64,000 nt of DNA from an uncultured Chloroflexia bacterium. GTDB taxonomy: Bacteria; Chloroflexota; Limnocylindria; QHBO01. Below, one piece after another: positions 1 through 8,859 of this stretch (position 1 is the stretch's first letter; the number at the start of each line of letters is the position of its first letter). The stretch lies in assembly GCA_963799675.1 (NCBI GenBank), contig CAWCXQ010000003.1:12162-76161 (forward strand), in the 5' to 3' direction. A program made the translations under genes and the position numbers. The notes beneath the pieces are model-generated. The model was not told the DNA's origin. It was given only the letters and a program-made list of their open reading frames with translations, and ran no database searches.

Positions 1-276
1 GTCGCCACTTTCCGCGAGCTGGGTCATGCGGCCGACACAGCCGATCTTGTAGAGTTGCGGTTTGTCGGCTGCGCCGCCGTGCGCAACATCGGGCTGGACC
101 ATGCCGATAAGCCGATGTCCGTCACGCAGCGAGTCATCGACCATCGCGAGATAGCGCGGCTCGAATATATTGAGTGGCATCTGCCCGCGCGGCAACAACA
201 GCGCGCCCGGCAAGGGAAAGACCGGGATGACGCCGGGCATTTCGATCGGTCCACGGTATTGGGCGTTCATCGGCAT
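1..276 (-). CDS. Lon N-terminal (LON substrate-binding) domain protein, N-terminal part only; gene runs off the left edge
   Basis: Own reverse translation from the ATG at 276 (alternative 270): MPMNAQYRGPIEMPGVIPVFPLPGALLLPRGQMPLNIFEPRYLAMVDDSLRDGHRLIGMVQP... This carries the IPxFPL...LPLNIFEPRY signature of Lon-N domain proteins. It is absent from the ORF track because there is no stop inside the window. Confidence 0.6.
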   Translation of the reverse strand, partial: MPMNAQYRGPIEMPGVIPVFPLPGALLLPRGQMPLNIFEPRYLAMVDDSLRDGHRLIGMVQPDVAHGGAADKPQLYKIGCVGRMTQLAESGD

Positions 277-319
277 CTTCGCTTCACTCTCACCTCGGTG
301 CCGTTGCCAGGGCGGACCT

Positions 320-1219
320 CTAGGAGAACAAGATCGAGGACAGGCGTTTCCGCCCTTCGATGGTCGCGGGATCGGTGACGCCCCACGCTTCGAAGAATTG
401 CACGAGTTGTTTGCGCGCGCCGTCGTCGTTCCATTTGCGGTCACGCTTGACGATGTCGATCAGGTGATTAACGGCGTCCTCGCGTTTCCCATTGGCGTTG
501 AGCGCCACGGCAAGATCGAAGCGGGCTTGATGATCGAGCGGATTTGCCCTCACTTTTTCTTCGAGCTCCGCCAGCGGACCGATGGACTTGGCTTGCTCGG
601 CGACATCGAGCGCGGCGCGCGCGGCGGCGACCGCTGCTTCGTTGCGTTTGGCTTCGGGCACGAGCGCGAGCGTCTGCTTGGCCTGCTCGAGCGCGCCCGT
701 TTCGACATAGCATCGCGCGAGCCCCGCGAGCGCGTGGACATTGGCGCCGTCTTCGGCGAGCAATTGCGCATAGAGTTCGGCGGCGCCGGTGGCATTGCCT
801 TCCGCCAGCGCCTGATCGGCGGATTTCAGCAAATCTTTTTCTTCCGCGCCGACCGCGCCTTTGGTGATGCGCTCGAGGAACGCCGCGACCTGGCTCTCCG
901 GCAGAGCGCCCATAAAGCCGTCGACCGGCTGACCGTTGGAAAAGGCAATCACCGCGGGGATCGACTGGATGCCCATCTGGCCGGGGATCGCCGGATGTTC
1001 ATCGATATTCATCTTGGCGAGCTTGACCTTGCCCTTTGCGGCCTTCACGGCCTTTTCCAGGACAGGCGTGAGCTGCTTGCAGGGGCCGCACCAGGGCGCC
1101 CAGAAATCCACCAGCACTGGCTGGTGCTTGGATTCCTCGATCACATCTTTCATGAAGCCTTGTGTGGTCGTGTCCTTGACCACATCGGCCGCCGTCATTG
1201 CCCCGCCGTCCTGCAACAT
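320..1219 (-). CDS. thioredoxin-domain protein with TPR-like C-terminal half (YbbN/CnoX-type co-chaperone)
   Basis: Intact 299-aa ORF. The thioredoxin active site is VLVDFWAPWCGPCKQL, followed by a helical TPR-like tail. An alternative start is M8 at 1198. Confidence 0.85.
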   Translation of the reverse strand: MLQDGGAMTAADVVKDTTTQGFMKDVIEESKHQPVLVDFWAPWCGPCKQLTPVLEKAVKAAKGKVKLAKMNIDEHPAIPGQMGIQSIPAVIAFSNGQPVDGFMGALPESQVAAFLERITKGAVGAEEKDLLKSADQALAEGNATGAAELYAQLLAEDGANVHALAGLARCYVETGALEQAKQTLALVPEAKRNEAAVAAARAALDVAEQAKSIGPLAELEEKVRANPLDHQARFDLAVALNANGKREDAVNHLIDIVKRDRKWNDDGARKQLVQFFEAWGVTDPATIEGRKRLSSILFS

Positions 1220-1307
1220 TTTTCGTCGTCCCTCTCCGCCATCAATGGTCCGAAAACCTAGGCTCGGTGCCGGATTAGATGGGTTATCGGGGAAGGTAAC
1301 GCAATCA

Positions 1308-1826
1308 TCAAGGCATGTTCGAGGCGCGGCCCGAAAGGCGTTCGATTCGCGGCATATGGCCGGTGGATTCGAGGAATTTTACCAGATCGTCGCGCTTTAT
1401 CGACGTCGTCATAATGTTCACAAGCGGATGATAATTCAGCGTTTCGTGCTCCATCATGGCGGCATCGAGCACGACGGTTACGCGGCCTTCGGTGTCGTTG
1501 ATAGCGCCGAAAGGGGTCACCGAACCCGGCTCCACACCCAGCACTTCGCGCATCAAATCGGCCGAACCGAACGAAAATCGTCCGGTGGCGCCGAGCCGCC
1601 GGTGCAGGTCTTTCAGGTCGATCTCGGCGTCTTCAAGTGTAACCACCAGATAGATCGCGTATTTCTTGTCGCGCAGAAAAAGATTCTTGGTATGGCCGCC
1701 CGGAATTTGTCCGCGCAGGCTTCGTGACTGCTCGACCGTGAACAATGGTGGGTGTTTGACCGTGGAATACTTGATGCCAAGGGCATCGAGCGCCACGAAT
1801 AGTTGATCGGGGGTTTTTGACATCAC
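1308..1826 (-). CDS. prolyl-tRNA synthetase-associated (YbaK/ProX-type) aminoacyl-tRNA deacylase domain protein
   Basis: Intact 172-aa ORF: MMSKTPDQLFVALDALGIKYSTVKHPPLFTVEQS...GGHTKNLFLRDKK...VTPFG. This is the typical ProX/YbaK fold sequence. Confidence 0.75.
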   Translation of the reverse strand: MMSKTPDQLFVALDALGIKYSTVKHPPLFTVEQSRSLRGQIPGGHTKNLFLRDKKYAIYLVVTLEDAEIDLKDLHRRLGATGRFSFGSADLMREVLGVEPGSVTPFGAINDTEGRVTVVLDAAMMEHETLNYHPLVNIMTTSIKRDDLVKFLESTGHMPRIERLSGRASNMP

Positions 1827-1882
1827 GCAATAATTGAGGCCGGTTGAGTGTTATTATGACGAGCCAATCAAAGAGGTAAAAG

Positions 1883-2149
1883 ATGACACGCATTTTATTG
1901 ATTGCCGGCGCCGCTATCGCCGCCATGACTTTCTATCCCGCGTCGTTTATTGCCGCACAGGCTGCCGAGGCCCCGTGGTGTGCAGTTATTTCCCTGGGAC
2001 CGGGCGTGGTCTACGAAGATTGCCAATACCGCACATTCGAGGCTTGCCGTCCGGTTGTGCTGTCCGGCAATCGCGGGTTTTGCAATCAAAATCCGCGCTA
2101 CGTCGGTCCGGTGGCGACCAAGCGCGCCAAGCGTCGTGTTCACGACTGA
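1883..2149 (+). CDS. small secreted DUF3551-type protein (4 conserved Cys)
   Basis: 88-aa ORF with RBS aagagg upstream and a signal peptide. It carries PWCAV...EDCQYRTFEACRP...GNRGFCNQNP, the Bradyrhizobiaceae DUF3551 pattern. Confidence 0.7.
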   Translation: MTRILLIAGAAIAAMTFYPASFIAAQAAEAPWCAVISLGPGVVYEDCQYRTFEACRPVVLSGNRGFCNQNPRYVGPVATKRAKRRVHD

Positions 2150-2236
2150 CCGTCCGAACGTTTGCATCCCATAGGCTGGATGTTCGCCGTCCCATCAATG
2201 GCTGCAAAGCCAAGAGTACTCCAAAGGAGGCTTAAT

Positions 2237-2482
2237 ATGTTGCGCCTCGTCCTGATGACCTCCGTGCTCGCCGCAATTGCCTGTGCCAACTTAAGTCCAG
2301 CCCATGCGTCCGAAGGGCCGTGGTGCGCGTTGCGCAATTTTGGCAGCGACCTGTCCGAAGACTGCCAGTTCCGCACCTTTGAAGAGTGCCGGGTCACCGT
2401 GGTTGCGGGATTCCGGGGCTTCTGCAATCCAAATCCACGCTGGCCGGCTGCCGTTGAGCCGCGAAAGCAGCGAAAGGGTTAA
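2237..2482 (+). CDS. small secreted DUF3551-type protein, tandem paralog
   Basis: Part of ORF 2162..2482. The ATG at 2237 is preceded by aaaggagg. Translation: MLRLVLMTSVLAAIACANLSPAHASEGPWCAL...EDCQFRTFEECRV...GFRGFCNPNP. Confidence 0.7.
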   Translation: MLRLVLMTSVLAAIACANLSPAHASEGPWCALRNFGSDLSEDCQFRTFEECRVTVVAGFRGFCNPNPRWPAAVEPRKQRKG

Positions 2483-2580
2483 AACCCGGCCGGTCGTCGT
2501 GGTTGCTTTTAGGCCTGCCTTTTGGCTATAGGAACGGCCTTGGCGGCCGATAATGCTTTTCGGCCAAATATCTAACGGAT

Positions 2581-2655
<75 letters not shown>

Positions 2656-2865
2656 ATACTTAACTCACTTCACCCCAGGCCAGACTGAATCGGCTGCGGT
2701 TGATGGCCGCGGATCGTGGCGCATCGTCGTGACGGCCTGGCCAACGCTTGTCGCCTATTGTGTCACTTTGCGCGCGCGAAATGGCGCTTCGAACGTAGAC
2801 TGGAACAAAGATCGTCAACTCAATTGCGCGGCGCCGATCGGACTGGTCTTGCAGGGGGATGCGAC

Positions 2866-3586
2866 ATGGCCGCAACTTTTGAAACCCGCTTCCGAGATTT
2901 TCAGAAGCAATATGGCGACCCGATCCTGACGGCCCTGACAGTCCTTCTGCTGGTGTTGTTGTTTGTCGTCGCGCCGCTTCTGGCAACCGGACATATCGTT
3001 TTTCAAGTTTTCGGATTTTTGTTGGCGCTGGCGATCATCGCCGGCGCCGTCTTTTTGTCGGGAAGCACAGCCGCATTTATCGCGATGTCAGTTGCGTTTG
3101 GCATGAATATAACGGCGGCCCTGCACAGGCTCAGCAGTCCTTCCGCGCTCGATATTCACCTTGTAGCGGGAGCGTGGTTGATCCTGGCGATCACGCTGGG
3201 CTGGGTGGTCGCTCGCCAGGTCTTCGCGGCGGGACGCGTGACGTATCATCGGATTATCGGCGCGATCCTTTTGTATTTTCTGATTTCGCTGATATTCGTC
3301 GCGTTGTTCGCGATCGTCGGTCAGGCTAATCCCGAAGGCGTTTTCCGGCATTGCGATCGACGACAACACGGCGCTCGCCAGCAACCTGATTTATTTCAGC
3401 TTCGTGACGCTGACCTCAACCGGCTACGGCGATGTGGTGCCGGTGCATCCGATCGCACGCAGCCTTTGCAATCTGGAATCCATCATTGGTCAGCTTTATC
3501 CCGCAATTTTGCTCGCGCGGCTGGTCACGCTGGAAATCGGGGATACGAAACCCGAGCGAAAACGAAAACGGGACAAAGCGCGATGA
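2866..3586 (+). pseudogene. two-TM-type potassium channel (ion transport 2 family), reading frame interrupted once
   Basis: The TM-rich N-part starts at MAATFETRF (ORF 2716..3702). The pore part lies in ORF 3404..3586 with selectivity filter TLTSTGYGD. The two frames join (..ANPEG/AFSGIAIDDNTALASNLIYFSFVTLTSTGYGD) only with a 1-nt shift near 3340. Confidence 0.8.
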
Positions 3587-4877
3587 TCGACATGGACCGT
3601 CTGCAAAGATCCTGGCTCATTTTGACGTTTGCCGCGCTGGCCGTGATTGTTCTGGCGGCCGGCGTCTTCATTGTCGAGACAATGCCGCCCGGACCGTCGT
3701 GATGGCAACCGGCGCGGAGGGTGGCGCCAATTACCAAATGGGCCTCCGTTACCGCGATATCCTGGCGCAATCCGGAGTTAGGTTGCGGCTGGTGCCGACA
3801 ACCGGCGGGCTGGAAAATCTGGCGCGGCTGCGAGATCCCAAATCCGGGGTTGGCGTCGGGTTCATTCAGGGCGGCACAACCACCGAAAAGGAGTCGCCGG
3901 ACATCGAGTCGCTCGGCACCATATTTTACGAGCCGCTGTGGTTTTTCTTCCGGGGTGAAGTTGGCGACGATATCCGCGCGCTCCGCGGTCGACGCATGTC
4001 GATCGGCCCGGAAGGGAGCGGGACACGGGCGCTTGCGCTCGAACTCATAAAAAGTTCAAGCTCGATACCGTTATTGGCGAGATATCGGGGTTTACGCCGC
4101 AGGTGGCCGCCGACAAACTGATTGCGGGCGACATCGACGCCGCATTTATCATAACCGCTGGATCCCCGTCGTCCAGCAGCTCATGGATGCCAAAGGCATC
4201 GCGCTCGCAAGCATCCTGCGCGCGGACGCCTACATCGCACATTATCCCTTTCTGAATAAGCTCGTGCTGCCGGCCGGCGTCAGCGATCTCCTGAACAATC
4301 GTCCGCCGGTCGATATCGTGATGCTGGCGCCGAAGGCGAGCCTCGCCGTGCGCGCGGACCTGCATCCGGCCATCCAGCATTTGTTGCTGACGGCCGCCCA
4401 GCAAATCTCATTCGCAGCCCGGGATTTTCCAGAAAGCCGGGCAATTTCCCGCCGCCGAATCGATCGATCTTCCGCTCAGCGATGAAGCCCAGCGTTTCTA
4501 CAAACGAGGACTGCCATTCCTCCAGAAATATCTTCCGTTCTGGATCGCGACCCTGGTCGAGCGAATGCTCGTCGTGCTCCTGCCTTTGGCAGCCGTGCTG
4601 TATCCGATGTTCAGGTTCCTGCCGCAAATTTACGACTGGGCCATGCAGTCAAAAATCAGGCGTCTGTATGATGAGATGCGGGCGATTGAGAGCGAGATGG
4701 AATTGCAGGAGGGAAAATAACGTCGACGCGATCGATGCAAAGCTTGAAGACCTGGGCCAACGCGCCAATCGGCTGTCGCTGCCGACGTCCTACGCAAGCA
4801 TGGTGTATACGCTGCGCAGCCATATCAATCTCGTCCGCGGCCGTCTGGTATCGGGCGTTCAAAAAAGTCCGCGTTGA
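3583..4877 (+). pseudogene. TAXI-family (COG2358-like) solute-binding protein with N- and C-terminal membrane segments, several frameshifts
   Basis: MIDMDRLQRSWLILTFAALAVIVLAAGVFIV (TM), then VMATGAEGGANYQMGLRYRDILAQSGVRLRLVPTTGGLENLARLRD...FIQGG, the TAXI signature. The pieces are spread over ORFs 2716..3702, 3432..4121, 4183..4485 and 4482..4877. The start ATG overlaps the channel stop (ATGA at 3583-3586). Confidence 0.7.
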
Positions 4878-4974
4878 TTGAGCCGTGATATCACGCTGGA
4901 TTCCGGCCGCCTTTTTCAACCATAATATGACGCCGGGGCTCAACGCCTGCGCAAAACAATCGGGGAACGGAAAC

Positions 4975-5957
4975 ATGACCAAGGCGGTGCTCGCTATTCA
5001 CTTGAAACGCGCGGCCTTTGCTTTTGCATTGGCGATGGCTTTCGTAGCACCCCGACCCGCGGCCGCAGAGGATTATCCCGCGCGCACCATCTCGCTGGTC
5101 GTGGCATTTCCCGCCGGCGGCGGTGTCGACACGGTCGGCCGAGTCGTTGCGCAAAAACTCACCGACGCGCTTGGCCAGCAGGTGATCGTCGTCAATCGTC
5201 CCGGCGCCGGTTCGGTCATCGGCACACGTGACGTCGCCAGAGCGCAGCCCGACGGCTACACGCTGCTTCTGCTGGTCACCGGTGCCGGCCTTCCGGAAGA
5301 ACCCGGTTACGATATGGGCAAGGATTTCGCACCGATCGGCCTGATTGCTTCGGTTCCGATCGTCATCATGTCCAATCCGTCGGTGCCGGCGAAATCACTC
5401 GCCGAAGTGATCGCGCTCGCCAAGAAGGATGGCGACAAAGTCACCGTCGGAACGCCACCGGCGCCGACACTGAATTATTTTGGCGCCGAACAATTCAAGG
5501 CGATGACCGGCACCAAGATTACGATCGTCACCTATAAGGGGACGGGACCGCTCACCAACGATCTCGTCGGTGGTCATGTGATGATCGCGTTCAACACGCT
5601 CCCGCCGGCAATCGGCAATATCCAGGCCGGTACGCTGCGTGCCATTGCCGTCGGCTCACCGGGGCGTATGGCCGCGATCCCCAATGTCCCGACCATCGCC
5701 GAAGCCGGACTGCCGGGCCTCGAGATCGTGCAGTATTACGGCCTCGTCGCACCCGCCGGCACGTCGCAGCCGATCATCGACCGGCTGAACAAGGAGCTGC
5801 GCAAGATCGTGAGTTCGGACGACATGAAAAAGCGCCTGCTCGATGCCGGCGGCGATCCACTGCCAGCACGCCCGCCGAATACGCGCAGAACATCCAGCGC
5901 GAAGAAGGCAAGTGGCAGGCGGTCATCAAGAAGCTCGGGCTGGTGATCAAGAACTGA
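4975..5957 (+). pseudogene. Bug-family tripartite tricarboxylate transporter substrate-binding protein (TctC-like), one frameshift near the 3' end
   Basis: ORF 4885..5946 from MTKAVLAIHL, with a signal peptide, then EDYPARTISLVVAFPAGGGVDTVGR...GYTLLL. The last ~30 aa (..AEYAQNIQREEGKWQAVIKKLGLVIKN-stop at 5957) are recovered after a shift near 5865. Confidence 0.85.
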
Positions 5958-5974
5958 GATAAATCCCGGACACC

Positions 5975-7690
5975 TCAATATCCGGCCGCCAAAGAGCCGC
6001 GCGTCCGTCTGTCGGCGGCACCGACCAGTCCGTCCGGCGTTATTTCAATGGAATTGGCAGACGAGAAAGATTGGAGTCGGCAAAAGTTTGTGGCCGCGCG
6101 CCGTCAACGCGTCGAGCACCTCCGGCGCAAAACCCGGCTCAACATACACTTCTTCCGGTTGCCATTGCTGGTGCAGGCGAGGCGCGCTCACCGCTTCGCC
6201 GATCGGCATATGAAAGTCGATCACATTCACAATGACCTGAAGCACGGTGCTGATAATCCGGCTGCCGCCCGGCGAGCCGGTGATCAGGAATGGCTTGCCG
6301 TCTTTCAGCACAATGGTCGGGGTCATCGACGACAACGGCCGCTTGCCCGGACCCGGCAAATTGGCCGTGTAGCCGATGAGGCCGTACGCATTCGCGGTGC
6401 CGGGCTTGGCGGTGAAATCGTCGAGCTCGTTGTTGAGCAGGACGCCGGTGCCGTCCGCGACAAGGCCGAGACCATAGCGAGAAATTCAGCGTGTAGGTGT
6501 TCGACACGGCATTGCCGTCGCGGTCGATCACCGAAAAATGCGTCGTGTTGCGGCCTTCAAAATCGTCAGGCTTGCCGGGACGAATGTCGGCTGATGGCGT
6601 TGCGCGCTCGCCAATTTCCGAGCGCAAGGAGGCGGCGTAGGCCTTCGATAGCAGGCCGGCAACCGGCATTTTCACGGCGTCAGGGTCGCCCATGAAGGCC
6701 GCACGATCGGCATAAGCGCGCTTCATCGCTTCGATCATGTCATGCAAGGACTGCTCGCGGCTGAGTTTGGCGAGGTCGTATCCTTCGAGGATATTGAGCA
6801 TCTCGATCAGATGCACGCCGCCCGATGAGGGTGGTGGCACGGAGATCACGTCATAGCCGCGATAGCGGCCGCGCACGACCGCGCGTTCGACCGGACGATA
6901 GTTTGCCAGATCGTCTTTGGTGACGATGCCTCCGGCCTTGGTGACGGCGGTGGCAATCTGGTCGGCAGTGCGGCCTTGGTAAAATGCGCGCGGGCCGTCC
7001 TTCGCAATGGCTCGTAAGGTGTCGGCGAGGTCAAACTGGAGCAGCCTCTCACCTTCGCCATAAGGCCGGTCGCCATTGAAGAAAATCGACTTCGTCGCCG
7101 GCCAGCGCGCAAGGCGCTCGCGCGCGAGCGGCAGCAAGTCGGCGGTGTCGTCTTCAACCTGGAATCCGTTCTGCGCGAGATAGATTGCCGGCGCAATCAG
7201 GTCGGCGAGCGTGAATTTTCCCGAGCCGTATTTTTCGTGCGCCATCGCAAGACCGGCGACGGTGCCGGGGATGCCGACCGAGAGCGCGCTGTCGCGCGAC
7301 TTTGCCGGATCCGGCATTTCCCTGCGCGTCGAGAAACATCGTGCTGCTCGCTGCCGCCGGCGCAGTCTCGCGGTAGTCGATTGCGATATCGCGATTGTCC
7401 TTGGCGAGGTGAATCACCATGAAGCCGCCGCCGCCGATATTGCCGGCGCGCGGATAGGTTACCGCGAGCGCGAAGCCCGTCGCGACGGCGGCATCAACCG
7501 CGTTGCCGCCACGATCGAGAATTCCGGTTCCGATGCGGGCAGCGCGTTGTTCCTGAGCCGTCACCACGCCGCTATGCGCGCGGACCGTCTGCGCCGGTGC
7601 AATTGCCGGCGCGCGCGACAGTGGCGCAACTTGCGCGGTGGCGAGCGTGGTGAAGGCGAGGGCAACGATAGCGAGAAAGAATTCGACCAT
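5975..7690 (-). pseudogene. ggt: gamma-glutamyltransferase, three frameshifts
   Basis: Pieces lie in three minus frames. The first is MVEFFLAIVALAF...YPRAGNIGGGGFMVIH. The second is GIPGTVAGLAMAHEKYG...TTHFSVIDRDGNAVSNTYTLN. The third is PGKRPLSSMTPTIVLKDGKPFLITGSPGG. Own translation of the tail gives SANSIEITPDGLVGAADRRTRGSLAAGY-stop at 5975. The shifts are near 6055, 6478 and 7310. Confidence 0.9.
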
Positions 7691-7699
7691 GAACTTTAT

Positions 7700-7790
7700 T
7701 CCGCTCGTCCCCGCGAAAGCAGGGACCCAGTTGCGCCCGGCATAATTGTATAGCTGGATTCCCGCTTTCGCGGGAATGAGCGGCCCAAAG
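7700..7790. repeat. REP/MITE-like intergenic element with two GC-rich hairpins
   Basis: The hairpins are GTCCCCGC-GAAA-GCAGGGAC (7707-7726) and ATTCCCGC-TTTC-GCGGGAAT (7758-7777). Spurious ORFs across it translate as PAKAGIQ / IPAFAGMS / FPRKRESS. These peptides are typical of a dispersed alphaproteobacterial repeat. Confidence 0.6.
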
Positions 7791-7811
7791 GCATGCGGCG
7801 CAAAAGGACCG

Positions 7812-8579
7812 TTACCGCGACTGGCCGTGATAGACCATGTTCGGCCGCATGTCGGTCGCCGACGCCACGCGGTTCGACATGTTGAAGAAGCCCGCAACGG
7901 CCGAAATGTCCCAAATGTCGCGATCGGTGAAGCCAACACGCCGCAGGCGCTCACGGTCGCCTTCTTCAACGCTCCAGGGTGATGCCGTCAGCTTGACCGC
8001 AAAATCCAGCATGGCGCGCTGGCGCTTGTTCAGCCGCGCAACGCGATAGTTCATCACGAGGTGCTCGCCGAGCAGCGGATTGCCGGAATATTGCCGGACT
8101 GCCGCACCATGCGCGGTGAGGCAATAGTAGCAGCGGTTCTGCGACGACACGGCCACCGCGATCATTTCGCGCTCGAGCTTGGAAAGACCAGAGTCGCCAA
8201 GCATCAAGTCATTGTACATGGCGACGAATGTTTCGAGCTTCGCCATGTCGAAGGCATAGGCGGCGAGCACGTTCGGCACGAAGCCGAGCCGGTCCTGGCA
8301 TTTCCGGAAATAGGCCGCCATCGCCGGCGACAATTTCACAGGTTCCAGATTGAGCCCGATCACCGGCACATCGTCGGCCGCCGCCGGCGCCGGCTTGAGC
8401 GGGATCGGCTTTGCGCCGGGCTTGTTGAGCGTCGGTTTGGCCGGGGAGGGTTTGGCCAGCGCTGCTTTCGCGGGCGCTGCTTTGCCGCCTTTGATGGCGT
8501 GCAGCATCGGCTTGTCTTTATTCGGCTTCGCGCTCGCCGCCTTGCCGGCGGTTTTGGCTGATTTATTGGCCTTGGGCAT
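7812..8579 (-). CDS. peroxidase-related AhpD/carboxymuconolactone-decarboxylase-fold protein with Lys/Ala/Pro-rich N-terminal extension
   Basis: ORF 7812..8606. The ATG at 8579 has AAGGGA 7 nt upstream. The C-terminal domain carries the CxxC motif NRCYYCLTAHG. The first ~80 aa are KAP-rich (KSAKTAGKAASAKPNKDK...AAPAKAALAKPSPAKPTLNKPGAKPIPLKPAP). Confidence 0.75.
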   Translation of the reverse strand: MPKANKSAKTAGKAASAKPNKDKPMLHAIKGGKAAPAKAALAKPSPAKPTLNKPGAKPIPLKPAPAAADDVPVIGLNLEPVKLSPAMAAYFRKCQDRLGFVPNVLAAYAFDMAKLETFVAMYNDLMLGDSGLSKLEREMIAVAVSSQNRCYYCLTAHGAAVRQYSGNPLLGEHLVMNYRVARLNKRQRAMLDFAVKLTASPWSVEEGDRERLRRVGFTDRDIWDISAVAGFFNMSNRVASATDMRPNMVYHGQSR

Positions 8580-8859
8580 TTCCCCGTCCCTTAATTCACT
8601 GCTCACCCTGGGCCAGAGTACAATGTTATGCGTCGTCGCGATACGAGCCGCCGGCCGCTCTTTCGCCTTTCATATCAGACAGTTAATGGGCCTAATTGAG
8701 CCGTCTGACGCGCGGATTGTCACCACTGCGTCACCAAATGGTGTGTTGCTCTCGACGCACCTGCGCAGAACGTGAAAACTCCGCATTCGCCTCGACCGAT
8801 TCTCTCTCGCGCATGATCCCGAAATGTGACGAACGGTTTTCGGACGAGGTGCTGCGCCA

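Noticed and set aside
170-1261. Long alternative-frame or antisense ORFs throughout the window. Examples are 170..1261+, 9106..10269-, 10882..11901-, 12229..12984-, 24659..25825-, 26834..27883-, 55467..57713-, 57912..59003- and 62431..63915+.
   Set aside because: They overlap clearly conserved genes on the other strand or frame. Their translations are Arg/Ala/Pro/Gly-rich low-complexity sequence typical of shadow ORFs in high-GC DNA.
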